Source: Octopus sinensis (lineage: Eukaryota). Taken from it: 64,000 nt of DNA. Position numbers and translations under genes: made by a program. Below the pieces are notes generated by a model. The model ran no database searches. It was not told where the DNA came from and was given only the letters and a program-made list of their open reading frames with translations. The number at the start of each line of letters is the position of its first letter. Positions within the stretch are counted from its first letter, which is position 1. Shown here piece after piece: positions 49,980 to 63,355 of the stretch. The DNA lies in contig NC_042997.1 in assembly GCF_006345805.1 (NCBI RefSeq), positions 208,382,001 through 208,446,000 on the forward strand, in the 5' to 3' direction.

Positions 49980-52430
49980 TAAACAAATCAAATTGCGATA
50001 AAATAAAAATAATTATAATCGCTGGTATTACTAACACAAGCCATATATTTTTCATATATCAGTACATTAAGGCGAAATATGTGCTAGGAATACAGAAGCT
50101 TGATAAATAAGTGAAATGAAGATAAAAAATTTTACTAAACCGGAAAATTCTCAGACTGCAGTTTCTTTCTTTTCAGCAAACAATATAATTAATTTGCCCA
50201 GGGAGAATTCTTCAGTGAGACCCTGTTTTTCTGGGATCCTAACTCACTAGAAGCATGTGCGTCTAATGAGTTACTCTTCCTAACTAATCATATCACTGCG
50301 CAGACTCCGAACGTCCCGACAACACTAGGGAATTCTGGTATATCGCCTGGCGCTCATAATTTATCGAAAAATATGAAAACAAATCAAATTGCGATAAAAT
50401 AAAAATAATTATAATCGCTGGTATTACTAACACAAGCCATATATTTTTCATATATCAGTACATTAAGGCGAAATATGTGCTAGGAATACAGAAGCTTGAA
50501 ATTAAGTGAAATGAAGATAAAAACATTTACTAAACCGGAAAATTCTCAGACTGCAGTTTCTTTCTTTTCAGCAAACAATATAATTAATTTGCCCAGGGAG
50601 AATTCTTCAGTGAGACCCTGTTTTTCTGGGATCCTAACTCACTAGAAGCATGTGCGTCTAATGAGTTACTCTCTTCCTAACTAATCATATCACTGCGCAG
50701 ACTCCGAACGTCCCGACAACACTAGGGAATTCTGGTATAATCGCCTGGCGCTCATAATTTATCGAGAAATATGTAAACAAATCAAATTGCGATAAAATAA
50801 AAAATAATTATAATCGCTGGTATTACTAACACAAGCCATATATTTTTCATATATCAGTACATTAAGGCGAAATATGTGCTAGGAATACAGAAGCTTGATA
50901 AATTAAGTGAAATGAAGATAAAAACATTTACTAAACCGGAAAATTCTCAGACTGCAGTTTCTTTCTTTCAGCAAACAATATAATTAATTTGCCCAGGGAG
51001 AATTCTTCAGTGAGACCCTGTTTTTCTGGGATCCTAACTCACTAGAAGCATGTGCGTCTAATGAGTTACTCTTCCTAACTAATCATATCACTGCGCAGAC
51101 TCGAACGTCCCGACAACACTAGGGAATTCTGGTATATCGCCTGGCGCTCATAATTTATCGAAAATATGTAAACAATCAAATTGCGATAAAATAAAAATAA
51201 TTATAATCGCTGGTATTACTAACACAAGCCATATATTTTTCATATATCAGTACATTAAGGCGAAATATGTGCTAGGAATACAGAAGCTTGAAATTAAGTG
51301 AAATGAAGATAAAAACATTTACTAAACCGGAAAATTCTCAGACTGCAGTTTCTTTCTTTCAGCAAACAATATAATTAATTTGCCCAGGGAGAATTCTTCA
51401 GTGAGACCCTGTTTTTCTGGGATCCTAACTCACTAGAAGCATGTGGTCTAATGAGTTACTCTTCCTAACTAATCATATCACTGCGCAGACTCCGAACGTC
51501 CCGACAACGCTAGGGAATTCTGGTATATCGCCTGGCGCTCATAATTTATCGAGAAATATGTAAACAAATCAAATTGCGATAAAATAAAAATAATTATAAT
51601 CGCTGGTATTACTAACAAAGCCATATATTTTTCATATATCAGTACATTAAGGCGAAATATGTGCTAGGAATACAGAAGCTTGATAAATTAAGTGAAATGA
51701 AGATAAAAACATTTACTAAACCGGAAAATTCTCAGACTGCAGTTTCTTTCTTTTCAGCAAACAATATAATTAATTTGCCCAGGGAGAATTCTTCAGTGAG
51801 ACCCTGTTTTTCTGGGATCCTAACTCACTAGAAGCATGTGCGTCTAATGAGTTACTCTTCCTAACTAATCATATCACTGCGCAGACTCCGAACGTCCCGA
51901 CAACACTAGGGAATTCTGGTATATCGCCTGGCGCTCATAATTTATCGAGAAATATGTAAACAAATCAAATTGCGATAAAATAAAAATAATTATAATCGCT
52001 GGTATTACTAACACAAGCCATATATTTTTCATATATCAGTACATTAAGGCGAAATATGTGCTAGGAATACAGAAGCTTGATAAATTAAGTGAAATGAAGA
52101 TAAAAACATTTACTAAACCGGAAAATTCTCAGACTGCAGTTTCTTTCTTTTCAGCAAACAATATAATTAATTTGCCCAGGGAGAATTCTTCAGTGAGACC
52201 CTGTTTTTCTGGGATCCTAACTCACTAGAAGCATGTGCGTCTAATGAGTTACTCTTCCTAACTAATCATATCACTGCGCAGACTCCGAACGTCCCGACAA
52301 CACTAGGGAATTCTGGTATATCGCCTGGCGCTCATAATTTATCGAGAAATATGTAAACAAATCAAATTGCGATAAAATAAAAATAATATATCGCTGGTAT
52401 TACTAACACAAGCCATATATTTTTCATATA
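49980..52430 (-). mobile_element. Tandem array of ~396-bp units (6.2 copies) with one HHR per unit; retrozyme-like
   Basis: Near-identical units with (TA)n on both sides; HHR motifs at 50149-50220, 50544-50615, 50945-51015, 51336-51406, 51730-51801 and 52127-52198. Confidence 0.85.
50149..50220 (-). ncRNA. Type I hammerhead ribozyme motif (first of six copies)
   Basis: Minus strand: TCTCA-CTGAAGA-a TTCT..GGCAAAT..GTTTGCT..AGAA a-GAAA-CTGCAG-TC-TGAGA; palindromic helix III; GUC site. Confidence 0.75.
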
Positions 52431-52432
52431 TG

Positions 52433-52495
<63 letters not shown>

Positions 52496-53057
52496 TACAT
52501 ATATATTATATATATATAATATACATATACATACATATATATATATACATACATACATATATGTATGTGTGTGCGTGTATGTATGTTTGTATGTATGTAT
52601 GTATGTATGTATGTATGTTTGTATGTATGATAGCATATAAACATTGGGTCAAAAATTCCTTTTGAATAGAAAAATCGAAGGCTTTATAAATTCTTGTCAG
52701 CAACAACATAGAATTCTCGTAGATAAAGACTAGATAGAGGAAATAGACAGAGAAATTCGGGGGATAACTTTGGTCTAATGAAAGATCGCTTATCATGTGT
52801 ATATGAGATGTATGTTCGTGTCCCACGGATAGCCTTCGGCTTTTTCTATCCAAAGATTTCCCTCCGTAACTCAATACTTACATATCATATGTGACTTTAA
52901 GTACTCCGTGATCCACCGTTCCAAAGCAGAATTATTTCACGTTCTCTCGAACGACCATAAATTATTACGACATCAGTAATATACATACATATATATATAC
53001 GTGTGTGTGTGTGTGTGTGTGTGTGTTGGTGTGTGTGTGTGTGTGGTGGGGGAGTGT

Positions 53058-53374
53058 AGGTGCAGGTGTGGCTGTGTGGTAAGAAGTTTGCTTCCCAGCC
53101 ACATGGTTTCGGGTTCAGTCCCAGCGCGTAGGGCCGACCAAAACCTTGTGAGTGGATTTGGTAGACGGAAACTGAAAGGATCCCGTTGTGTATATATATG
53201 TATATATATTTATGTATGCGTGTCTTTGTACTTGTGTTTGCCCTACCCTAACCCCCACCCCCGCCCCTCACCACCGCCACTATCATCGCTTGACAACCGA
53301 TGTTGGTGTGTTTATGTCTCCGAAACTTAGCGGTTCGGCAACAGAACACAATAAAATAAGCACTAGCCTTACAA
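53058..53374 (+). mobile_element. SINE family A, cut off at its 3' end by the 362-bp array
   Basis: Follows family A to aataagcactagccttacaa, then switches to the array. Confidence 0.85.
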
Positions 53375-53628
53375 GGATACAGTTTGTGTATCAAATAGCT
53401 AACTTAAGGCGATGGCCTCATGGAGCTAATAAGCGGACAGCTTTATTCTTATTTTTATAAGAATGCCATATTAGTATGGCGATAACTAATATTTTCCGGG
53501 AACGCTGCCGTTGTTCTCTTTTAGAGAGACTTAGTAATTTTAATATTTCTATTATTGAAAACAAGTGGATGTATTCCACCGAAGCTAGGTAAATAAAACC
53601 TTTGAGCAGAGATTGTCAGAAGCGACAC

Positions 53629-53700
53629 CTACTGGTCTGGCTACGCTGCATTGAAAAGGGGCAATACCCCGAAACGCGTCTGTAGCTGCCGGCCAAGTAG
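53629..53700 (+). ncRNA. Type I hammerhead ribozyme motif, U3-A8 core variant
   Basis: GCTGCA-TTGAAAA-GGGG caata CCCC-GAAA-CGCG-TC-TGTAGC; extended stem I ctac/gtag, tgg/cca, ctggc/gccgg. Confidence 0.8.
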
Positions 53701-53989
53701 TGTGGAGCGACTGACCTCCCTTGTTCAAAGGGTATATGGATACAGTTTGTGTATCAAATAGCTAACTTAAGGCGATGGCCTCATGGAGCTAATAAGCGGA
53801 CAGCTTTATTCTTATTTTTATAAGAATGCCATATTAGTATGGCGATAACTAATATTTTCCGGGAACGCTGCCGTTGTTCTCTTTTAGAGAGACTTAGTAA
53901 TTTTAATATTTCTATTATTGAAAACAAGTGGATGTATTCCACCGAAGCTAGGTAAATAAAACCTTGAGCAGAGATTGTCAAAGCGACAC

Positions 53990-54061
53990 CTACTGGTCTG
54001 GCTACGCTGCATTGAAAAGGGGCATTACCCCGAAACGCGTCTGTAGCTGCCGGCCAAGTAG
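53990..54061 (+). ncRNA. Second copy of the U3-A8 hammerhead motif
   Basis: Same as the first except the stem II loop (catta). Confidence 0.8.
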
Positions 54062-54567
54062 TGTGGAGCGACTGACCTCCCTTGTTCAAAGGTTATATGG
54101 ATACAGTTTGTGTATCAAATAGCTAACTTAAGGCGATGGCCTCATGGAGGTAATAAGCGGACAGCTTTATTCTTATTTTATAAGAATGCCATATTAGTAT
54201 GGCGATAACTAATATTTTTCGGGAACGCTGCCGTTGTTCTCTTTTAGAGAGACTTAGTAATTTTAATATTTCTATTATATATATATATATATATATATAC
54301 TAATACAGATAAGTAGAAATTTTACCGGTGGGTGTGTTAAATTATAAGGTGCTAAAAGAGAATGACTCTCCCCAGACACAACAGTTTAACAGTAGTTTAA
54401 CATTAAACCGAAAAATTATTCAATACTGTTTAACTTTTTTACTTCGAAGTCACTGTTGCCGGTGGCGAGGAGATCTCTGTTGACGAATGTATCTTCATTT
54501 AAGACAAGAGAGAATGATTTGAAGGCGATCAGATTGCACGATATCATAAAAGCTCCATCAGGAATAA

Positions 54568-54960
54568 TTGATAGAGCAACAGAGGTGCAGCAGATAGTTC
54601 ATAGAGGATCTATGAATAGCTGATAAAGGTACTATAGGTGGTTGACGGAGGTTCTATAGACAATTGATAGAGCTACCTTTGATAAATGATAGAAGTACTA
54701 CAGATATTTGATAGAGGAACTATGAATATTTGTTAGAGGTACTATAGGTAGTTGATAGAGGTTCTATAGACAGTTGATAGAGCTACCTTTGATAAACGAT
54801 AGAAGTACTACAGATATTTGATAGAGGAACTGTGAATAGCTGATAGGGGTACTATAGGTGGTTGACAGAGGATCTATAGACAGTTGATAGAGCTACCTTT
54901 GATAAATGATAGAAGTACTACAGATATTTGATAGAGTTACTACAGATAGTTAGTTGGGGT
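54568..54960. repeat. Minisatellite, ~22-bp subunits with a 110-bp higher-order period
   Basis: agctacctttgataa at 54671, 54781 and 54891. Confidence 0.85.
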
Positions 54961-55849
54961 ACAATAAATAGTAAGTAGAGGTACTTTTAGAGTGTCTATA
55001 GAGGTACAGAGATTGTAAATTGGGGTAAGATTGAAGGTAGTGGGTTACTGGGTTATTATTACGGGGCGGTTTAATGGAGATACAAAACTACTTGAGATTA
55101 GCGCATTTGTGGGGAGATGTTTGTGGTATAATGTGTTTGGGTAACACAGTGGAGGTAATGTATGAAGGTTAAAACGATGAGATAAAGGAATCTGGATAAG
55201 AAGGTGGCGGTTAAGTTGTGGCGGGGAGGAGATAAAAATGGCGGAGATAAAATAATTGAAGTAGAATACTAGTGCGGAGTGTGTGTGGTGGAGGGGGAGG
55301 TGGGTAGTTAAGGAAATGATGATGGTGATATGGTGGAGGTAAGGGGGCGGGGGCGGTCGAGTTAAAGATGGCGTCGATTGTTCGAGTGACACAAGAACGT
55401 GATGTCTGTTGTAATGCAAGAGGGGGGTAGTGTTGTTGGTGGTGATAGAGGTGGTGGTGGTGGTCGTGGTGGTGGTAGCGGTGGTCGTGATGGTGGCGGC
55501 GGCGGCGGCAGCGGTGGTCGTGGTCGTGCTGTATGGCGGTGGTCGTGCTGCACGGTGGTGGTGGTGGTGGGTAGAAGTATGAGCTGTAGAGGTATGGAGG
55601 AGAGGTGCAAGGAGGATGGGGAGGCATGGGTGGAGGGGGATGGGGGTCTGTTCTTTAATCCAATTTTCTTCCCACTTCAGCGACTCGATTAAATATAACT
55701 TTATCGTTTGTATCAGTGAAACTGTTCAGTAGAAGTGTTTACTGACTTGATGAAGTAGGGAGGGGGTAACACACACACACACACACACATAAACATACAC
55801 ATGCATATTCATATACATATATAAACATACACTACTTAAATATATATAT

Positions 55850-56383
55850 ATACATACATGCATGCACATATATATATAATAATACAGATATACACCCATA
55901 TACACACACATATATATATACAGATATACACACACATATATATATACAGATATACACACATATATATATATACATATACACACATATATATATATACAGA
56001 TATATATACACACACACATATATATACAGATATATATACATACATACATGCATGCACGCATATATATAATAATACAGATATACACCCATATACACACACA
56101 TATATACAGATATACACACATATATATACATATACACACATATATATATACAGATATATATACACACACACATATATATACAGATATATATACATGCATG
56201 CATGCACACATATATATAATAATACAGATATACACCCATATACACACACATATATATATACAGATATACACACATATATATATATATAAAGATATATATA
56301 TACACACACACATATATATATACAGATATACATACATACATGCATGCACACATATATATAATAATACAGATATACACCCATAT

Positions 56384-56455
<72 letters not shown>

Positions 56456-56510
56456 TATATATACACACATATATATACACAGATATAATATACAGATATA
56501 CACCCACAAA
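55850..56510. repeat. Compound microsatellite-derived tandem repeat
   Basis: catgcatgcac..aataatacagatatacacccat occurs four times. Confidence 0.85.
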
Positions 56511-57737
56511 CACACGCATTCATAGAAGCTCATACGCGTGCACTACCGTATACTTATAAATGCACACACAATACCATCCAAACGCATGCGCACACTCACA
56601 AATAAATTCACTCAGATACACACACACGCACACACACGCGCGCACACACATACGCATGTGCATGTATGCACTTGCCCTAAATGCACACGAAGGAATGCAC
56701 ACATGCAAACCGAAAACCTCATAAAACACGCACGCGCAAAAACACACGACTACGCATGCGCTCACATATATTATTAGCTACACATGCACTTACGCGCATA
56801 TACACACATGCACGTACATGTGTAAATAGCCACCAGTTTACACATAGGTTTCACATAGGATTCACATACGTTTCACATGTATGTTTCACATACGCTTACG
56901 TGTGCATGCTTGAACATACGATGTACGAAAATGCATGTACAGAATATATTCCGAGAGAGACATAAGCAAAAGAACAGCTCTACACATAGAGAGAGACGTT
57001 AATACAACCAAGTACCTATGTATAGAGATTCAAGTTATACACATGTTATACACACTCATACATACACGCACGCTCACACACAGACATGCAATGAACTTTA
57101 CGAAAGTGCACTCTCAAAACAGTAATAATGATGGCTTCAAATTTTGCCACAAGGGCACAACATCAACAACAGGGTATTTTTGTATGTATGTATGTATGTA
57201 TGTATGTATGTATGTGTGTATGTATGTATGTATGTATGTATGTATGTGTGTATGTATGTATGTATGTATGTATGTATGTATGTGTGTATGTGTGTATGTA
57301 TGTATGTATTATGTGTGTATGTGTGTATGTATGTATGTATGTATGTGTGTATGTGTGTATGTGTGGGGTATGTTTGTATGTGTATGTGTGTATGTGTGTG
57401 TGTTGTAGTTGTATGTATTATGTGTGTATGTGTGTATGTATGTATGTGTGTATTGTGGGTGTGCATGTATATATATGTATGTATGTATGTATGTCTGCAT
57501 GTATGTATGTATGTATTTTGTAATGTATGTATGTATGTATGTATGTGTATGTGTGTATGTATGTATGTATGTGTGTGTTGATGGGGTATGTGTGTATGCG
57601 TGTATGTATGTATGTATGTTGTATGTGTGTATGTATGTATGTATGTATGTATGTATGTATGTATGTATGTGTGTATGTATGTATGTGTGTATGTATGTGT
57701 GTGTGTATGTGTGTGTGCAGATTTGTATGTTTTGTTT

Positions 57738-58026
57738 TATGAAGCAAGTTTTGGGGCCTAAGAGGTCCATATCAGCTTCTTTGCTTTCCAAGGAGCCTTC
57801 CACTCTAATTACTAAATCAACAGAAATCACAGGTCGCTAGATCGAACATGTCTCTGAACTCCTAAACCACGAGTCAATTGTGGATGAAACAGTGATTGAA
57901 ACTATGCAACAAAGGCCTATCAATGGCTCCTTAAATTTCCACGCCCTCAATAGATGAGGTAATGACAGCAATAAGTAAATTGAATCTTGGTAGGGCACCT
58001 GTAAGGGATGGAATTTGTGCTGAGGT
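57738..58026 (+). mobile_element. RTE (BovB-like) LINE internal fragment upstream of the RT domain
   Basis: MKQVLGPK..TLIT..GR*IEHVSELLN..PSIDEVMTAISKLNLGRAPVRDGICAEV. Confidence 0.75.
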
Positions 58027-58149
58027 ATGTATGTATGTTTGGACGTACGTACGTATGTAGGTAGGTAGGTAGGTATGTAGGTAGGTAGGTAGGTAGGTAG
58101 GTAGGTAGGTAGGTAGGTAGGTAGGTAGGTAGGTAGATATTATGTATAC

Positions 58150-58870
58150 ATGTGTGTGAATATTTGTATGCTTTATGTATGTATTATCATGCATACAGTT
58201 GCATATCTAGACTTGCTCATATATTTAAATGATAAACTTCTGGAAAGTTTTACAGATTTTTACAGTTCCGGTGATGGATTGGATTTGTACATGCATACAT
58301 ACATACATACATACATACATACATACATACATACATACATACATACATACAAGGCTTCTCAAAATCAGAATGGAGAAAGCTAATTTGAAGACTACAGATC
58401 CAATCCATCAATGGAACTGTAAAAATCTGTAAAACTTTCCAGAAGTTTATCATTCAAATATATATGAACATGTCTAGATATGCAACTATATGCATGAGAA
58501 TACATACATTAAACACACAAATCTGCACATACATGCATACATACATACATACATACATACATACATACATACATACATACATACATACATACACACACAC
58601 ATACATACATACATACATACATACATACATACATGCAACATATATACAACAACATACATGCATACATACATACATACAACATGGCATACATACATTCATA
58701 CATAACTACATACATACATACATACATACATACATACATACATACATACACACAAGCAAAAATACCCTGTTGTCGATGTTGAAATTCTAATAAAGGAGCC
58801 TTGGATCTAGGTTAGAAACCGAATCTTTCTCTATTGGCAAGAAATCTTGAAATAAAACTGAAAAATGACA
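58150..58870. mobile_element. Inverted pair of the 35338-family module around (TACA)n
   Basis: 58190-58287 is the reverse complement of ~58395-58500. Confidence 0.75.
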
Positions 58871-60308
58871 TACATATATATACATTCATACAAACATGTT
58901 TGGATAGAGAAGCAGACATACAAATTTTTATATACCTGTATGCAAGTATTATAGTTTTATGTTTGTGTGTATATATATATATGCGTGTGTGTGTGTGTGT
59001 ATGTATAATATATATATAGTTTGAGGGAGAGGCATACAGATATATGAATATATATGTTTGTATATGTGTGTATATATATATATGCGTGTGTGTATGTATA
59101 ATATATATATAGTTTGAGGGAGAGGCATATAGATATATGAATATATATGTTTGTATATGTGTGTATGCGTGTAGACATTCACACTCACACATACACACAC
59201 GCACACACCATATATACAAGACAGAATTACTAATACGTTTTGTCTCGTAGCAAACGAGTTTGACACAGTTATACGCCCTTGGCTAAATGACAAGAGCTTA
59301 CTACTTGTAATCCAACCCATAAGACCCTGCGAAATACAGAGTAGGGAAATTGCGTGTGCGCGCGCATAAAGCTACCGACTTTGGTCAATTAGAATCTCGT
59401 TAGCAGGCTGCAAATCACATTCCATATTAGATTTTAAAGAGCAAATACACCGGTTTAGGGCAGTGCATGGCAGACTGCGCCGGCTGAGCCTAAGTTTCCA
59501 CGTCGCCCTCTGGCGCCAATATTGTCAACGAATTATGGGGAGAAGAAGAGAATTTCGGAATAATCATTCCTAAATTCAATAATAATTTCATAAGTAGACA
59601 CAATAATTGGAAATACGTTTATATGGATAATCATATGGCTATGATATGAATATTATATGCCACCTGTATGATTACATGTTTCATTATTGCTTCAAATTCA
59701 TCCTCACCGCCACCACCACCATCTTCCTACATTTCTTTATGATTCTCTCTCTTTCTCTCCCTCCTCTCTCCCTCTCCCTCCTCTCTCTCTTCTCTCTCCT
59801 TTCTCACTCTTCGGCCATGTCCTTCCCTTCTTTTTGTATAAATTCTATCTATTATCCAATGTAAGCTTTCCTTCTTTTTAAACAGTAGGAGTGAAATATA
59901 AGATAGATGTGGTTGCAATTTCTAGCAGATCTAACGACCACTTAGAAGCTGCCACATCAACTCTAGTACGACTATATTTTCATTTAGTTAAATTGTATCT
60001 CCTCGTGGGACCAATTTACAGTCAGAGAAGTGAACTTTCTCTTGCAGCTCTCATTAGATTATATTTATTCCGTTTCGACTCATGGAAAACCGAACAGCAC
60101 CACCTGGTGTCCGGTATGTTAAACCTTGAAATCAGTGATACTCGGCGATTTCTTGCTCGAAGTCACCTCCAGGATTAATCCCTAAGGCCCCTTTCCAAAC
60201 CTTATTTATCTCTGTGGCCCTTTCCAAATGTAACTCATCACTGTAGACCCTTCTGAATTTAACTGTCTTACTTGTTGTTGTTGTTGTTGTTGCTGCTGTT
60301 GTTTGCTT

Positions 60309-60343
<35 letters not shown>

Positions 60344-60975
60344 TATTCGTGCATTTACATAAAAGGCATTATTATTAAGACTTATCGACTTCAAGAAAAT
60401 ATAGAAAAATTCATTTTATTCACACAAAATATGTCTAAGACTAATGTGTCCTTTGTTGTTGTTGTTGTCGTTGTTGTTGTTGTCGTTGTTGTTGTTGTTG
60501 GTGGTGGTGGTGTTGTTCTTGTTGTTGTTCTTGTTCTTGTTGTTCTTGTTGTTGTTGTTGCTTAGCCCCAAGTTACTGACGATCGGACAATTCTATGATC
60601 AAACGAGTTCCATCCATGTAAAACAACGGTCCCTTTTCGATGTCACATTAGTTTCCAAGATGGACCTGCATAGAAATTTCATCAGCTTACACTTCAGTCA
60701 GCTTATACTTCGTCATATGTAATCCTCGTTCGCGCTGCTAATTTCAACAACTTAAAACATGAAACATTACAACAGTGAACTCCTATGTGTGACTATTTAG
60801 CTACAAAAACACTGTTCCGGGAGAAAGTTTAATAGTATGTTATAGTACTCTACCAACTTCTTGTCTCGTTCATTCTACAGCTTAAGCTGAGTGACTTACC
60901 AACTCCCAAACGCTGATCATTTCAGATACTGAAAACATAAGTTTACATCATCAACCAGGTTGATAATGCAGCAAT

Positions 60976-61841
60976 TACAGGGTGAAGCAGAAAGGAAAGA
61001 CGTTTTTGAAATGGTTATTACTCAGCCCCAGGTTGAGGGACATATGTCCGACAGGTACCATTCGGTCCGTGGTGTCTTAGCATTTTTATTTTATTTTCAG
61101 GCTGTGGACGGTAGAGCATCGCGTACGAAGAATAACGGGTCTGTCACAGTAGTTCAGCGTGAGTTTCGGCGCCACTTCAACATTCACCGAAATCAGGCTG
61201 TTCCCACCCGTATCACAATCTGGAGATGTGTGAATGCACTTCGTACACGAGGTACACTAATGATAGGAGATTGGTGAGGGCTCCACGAACCGTCGACAAG
61301 CTTTGATATGGAGTCTGAATCGCTCTGCTCGGAGGAATTTGCCTGAACTTGGCATCGGTAATCGATCGGTAAAGTGTATTGTGCATGAAGTCCTGTATTT
61401 CCACCCGTACACATTGGTCATTGGACAGCAGTTAAAACCATGGGATTAAGCATAGCGGCTTAACTTCGCATGTCAGATGGAAGCAATTTTTGAGGCGAAT
61501 GACAACCTCATTTTGGTAATGAATGATGAAGTTCATTTTCTTGTGAGGAAACCTCAAGAGACGTTTGAATGCGCATAAACCCCATACACTGGACGATTTG
61601 AAGGAAGCTATTCACGTGGAAGTCGCCCAAATTGACAGAGCAATGCTGGAGAGAGTGGCGGCCAACTTCCAGGAACACCTTCAGAAATGCATCAATGAAA
61701 ACGGACACCACATGATGGATGTTTTTTTCCGCACTTGGTTTTGACAAATGCTAATTCAATACAAGAAAATTTGTTTGCATCTAAAATTAATGCTTCTCTG
61801 AATTTTTCCAAAACCGTCCGCCCTCTCTGCCCTACTCTATG
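60976..61841 (+). mobile_element. Internally deleted Tc1/mariner-superfamily element
   Basis: TA-cagggtgaagcagaaagg TIR with an imperfect right TIR; N-terminal SVTVVQREFRRHF..PTRITIWRCV; DEVHF; C-terminal KPHTLDDLKEAI..LQKCINENGHH. Confidence 0.8.
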
Positions 61842-62318
61842 TAAATATTTCTGTAAGTAGGGTTCACATTTTTAAAAGCTAATCTTTGACAATCCTTGTA
61901 GCTTAAGCAACGACTGCACATATGTTTCTTCATAGAATTTTGTCTTCTAATACAAACTTCGTGCCAAAAACAAAAAAAAAAAGAATGGTTGGTATTTTAA
62001 CTTACTGCCACAAACATTGTTTATTAATTATACACAACACGGCTGTAAATAATAAAGATTTCAAATAATGAAATATTTTATTAACTAATTATCATCTCTA
62101 AGTAATTTCAAGCAGGTAATGAGGTTTCGAAGGTGTCTACTGAACTAAGATTCAGAATTAGGACAAGGAATGTAAATCAAGTCTTGATTTGGACGCATAC
62201 ATACATATGCATGGCCAGCGATGAGCAACACACATCTCGCGCGCGCTCGCGTGTGTAATCTATACATACACACTCACACACATATATATATATGTATACA
62301 TATATTATATATATATAG

Positions 62319-62370
<52 letters not shown>

Positions 62371-62377
62371 GGATGGG

Positions 62378-62746
62378 AAGCACTACGTCGGTTACGACGA
62401 CGAGGGTTCCGGTTGATCCGATCAACGGATCAGCCTGCTCGTGAAATTAACGTGTAAGTGGCTGAGCACTCCACAGACACGTGCACCCTTAACGTAGTTC
62501 TCAGGGATATTCACGTGACACAGAGAGTGACAAGGCCGGCCCTTTGAAATACAGGTACGACAGAAACAGCAAGTAAGAGTGAGAGAAAGTTGTGGTGAAA
62601 GAGTACAGCAGGGATCACCACCATCCCCTGCCGGAGCCTCGTGGAGTTTTTAGGTGTTTTCGCTCAATAAACACTCACAACGCCCGGTCTTCGAATCGAA
62701 ACCGCGATCCTATGACCGCGAGTCCGCTGCCCTAACCACTGGGCCA
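62378..62746 (-). mobile_element. SINE family C, near full length
   Basis: Reverse complement of 49560-49935. Confidence 0.9.
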
Positions 62747-63314
62747 TAGATATTGTGTTGTGTCTGGGGAGAATCATTCTCTTTCTGTGCCTTATAATAT
62801 AACAGACTCACCAGTAAAATTTCCACTTTTTCTTATTTTTATTTTCCTAAAATTTTCGTTGCATCTTGCATCCTTTTCAATAGTCTTGACTCTGTCCCTT
62901 ATTTACTCTGCGTTCCTTTTTTGTTTGTTTGCGCGCATGTGTGTCGGGTCAGTGTGTGTGTGTGTCTATGCATGCATGTATGTATGTATGTGTGTATGTA
63001 TGTATGTATGTATGTATGTATGTATGAATGTATGTATGAATGAATGTGTGTGTATGTATATATGTATGTGTGTGCATTTGTATGTATGTATTTTGCATAT
63101 TCATGTGCTTGCATGTCCGTGTTTGTGTATTTTCTATGTATGTGTGTGAGAGCGTATGTTTGTATACGTATGCACCTCTGTCTCCTTGTGTGTGCATGTC
63201 TGTGTGTGTGTATATAGATCATATATATATATATATATGATATATATATATATATAATATATATATATACACATCCATATATATATGTATGTGTGTATAT
63301 AATGTATATATATG

Positions 63315-63355
<41 letters not shown>

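Larger units (their letters stand above)
53375..54277 (+). mobile_element. Tandem array of ~362-bp units (2.5 copies) with one HHR per complete unit; retrozyme-like
   Basis: Units start at 53375, 53738 and 54099; array ends in (TA)n. Confidence 0.85.

Noticed and set aside
54440-54565. Short open stretch on the minus strand as a possible exon
   Set aside because: No recognisable protein similarity or clear splice sites
62845-62890. TTGAAAA..GAAAATTTTA motif on the minus strand resembling the U3-A8 HHR
   Set aside because: Stem I does not pair and stem II is imperfect
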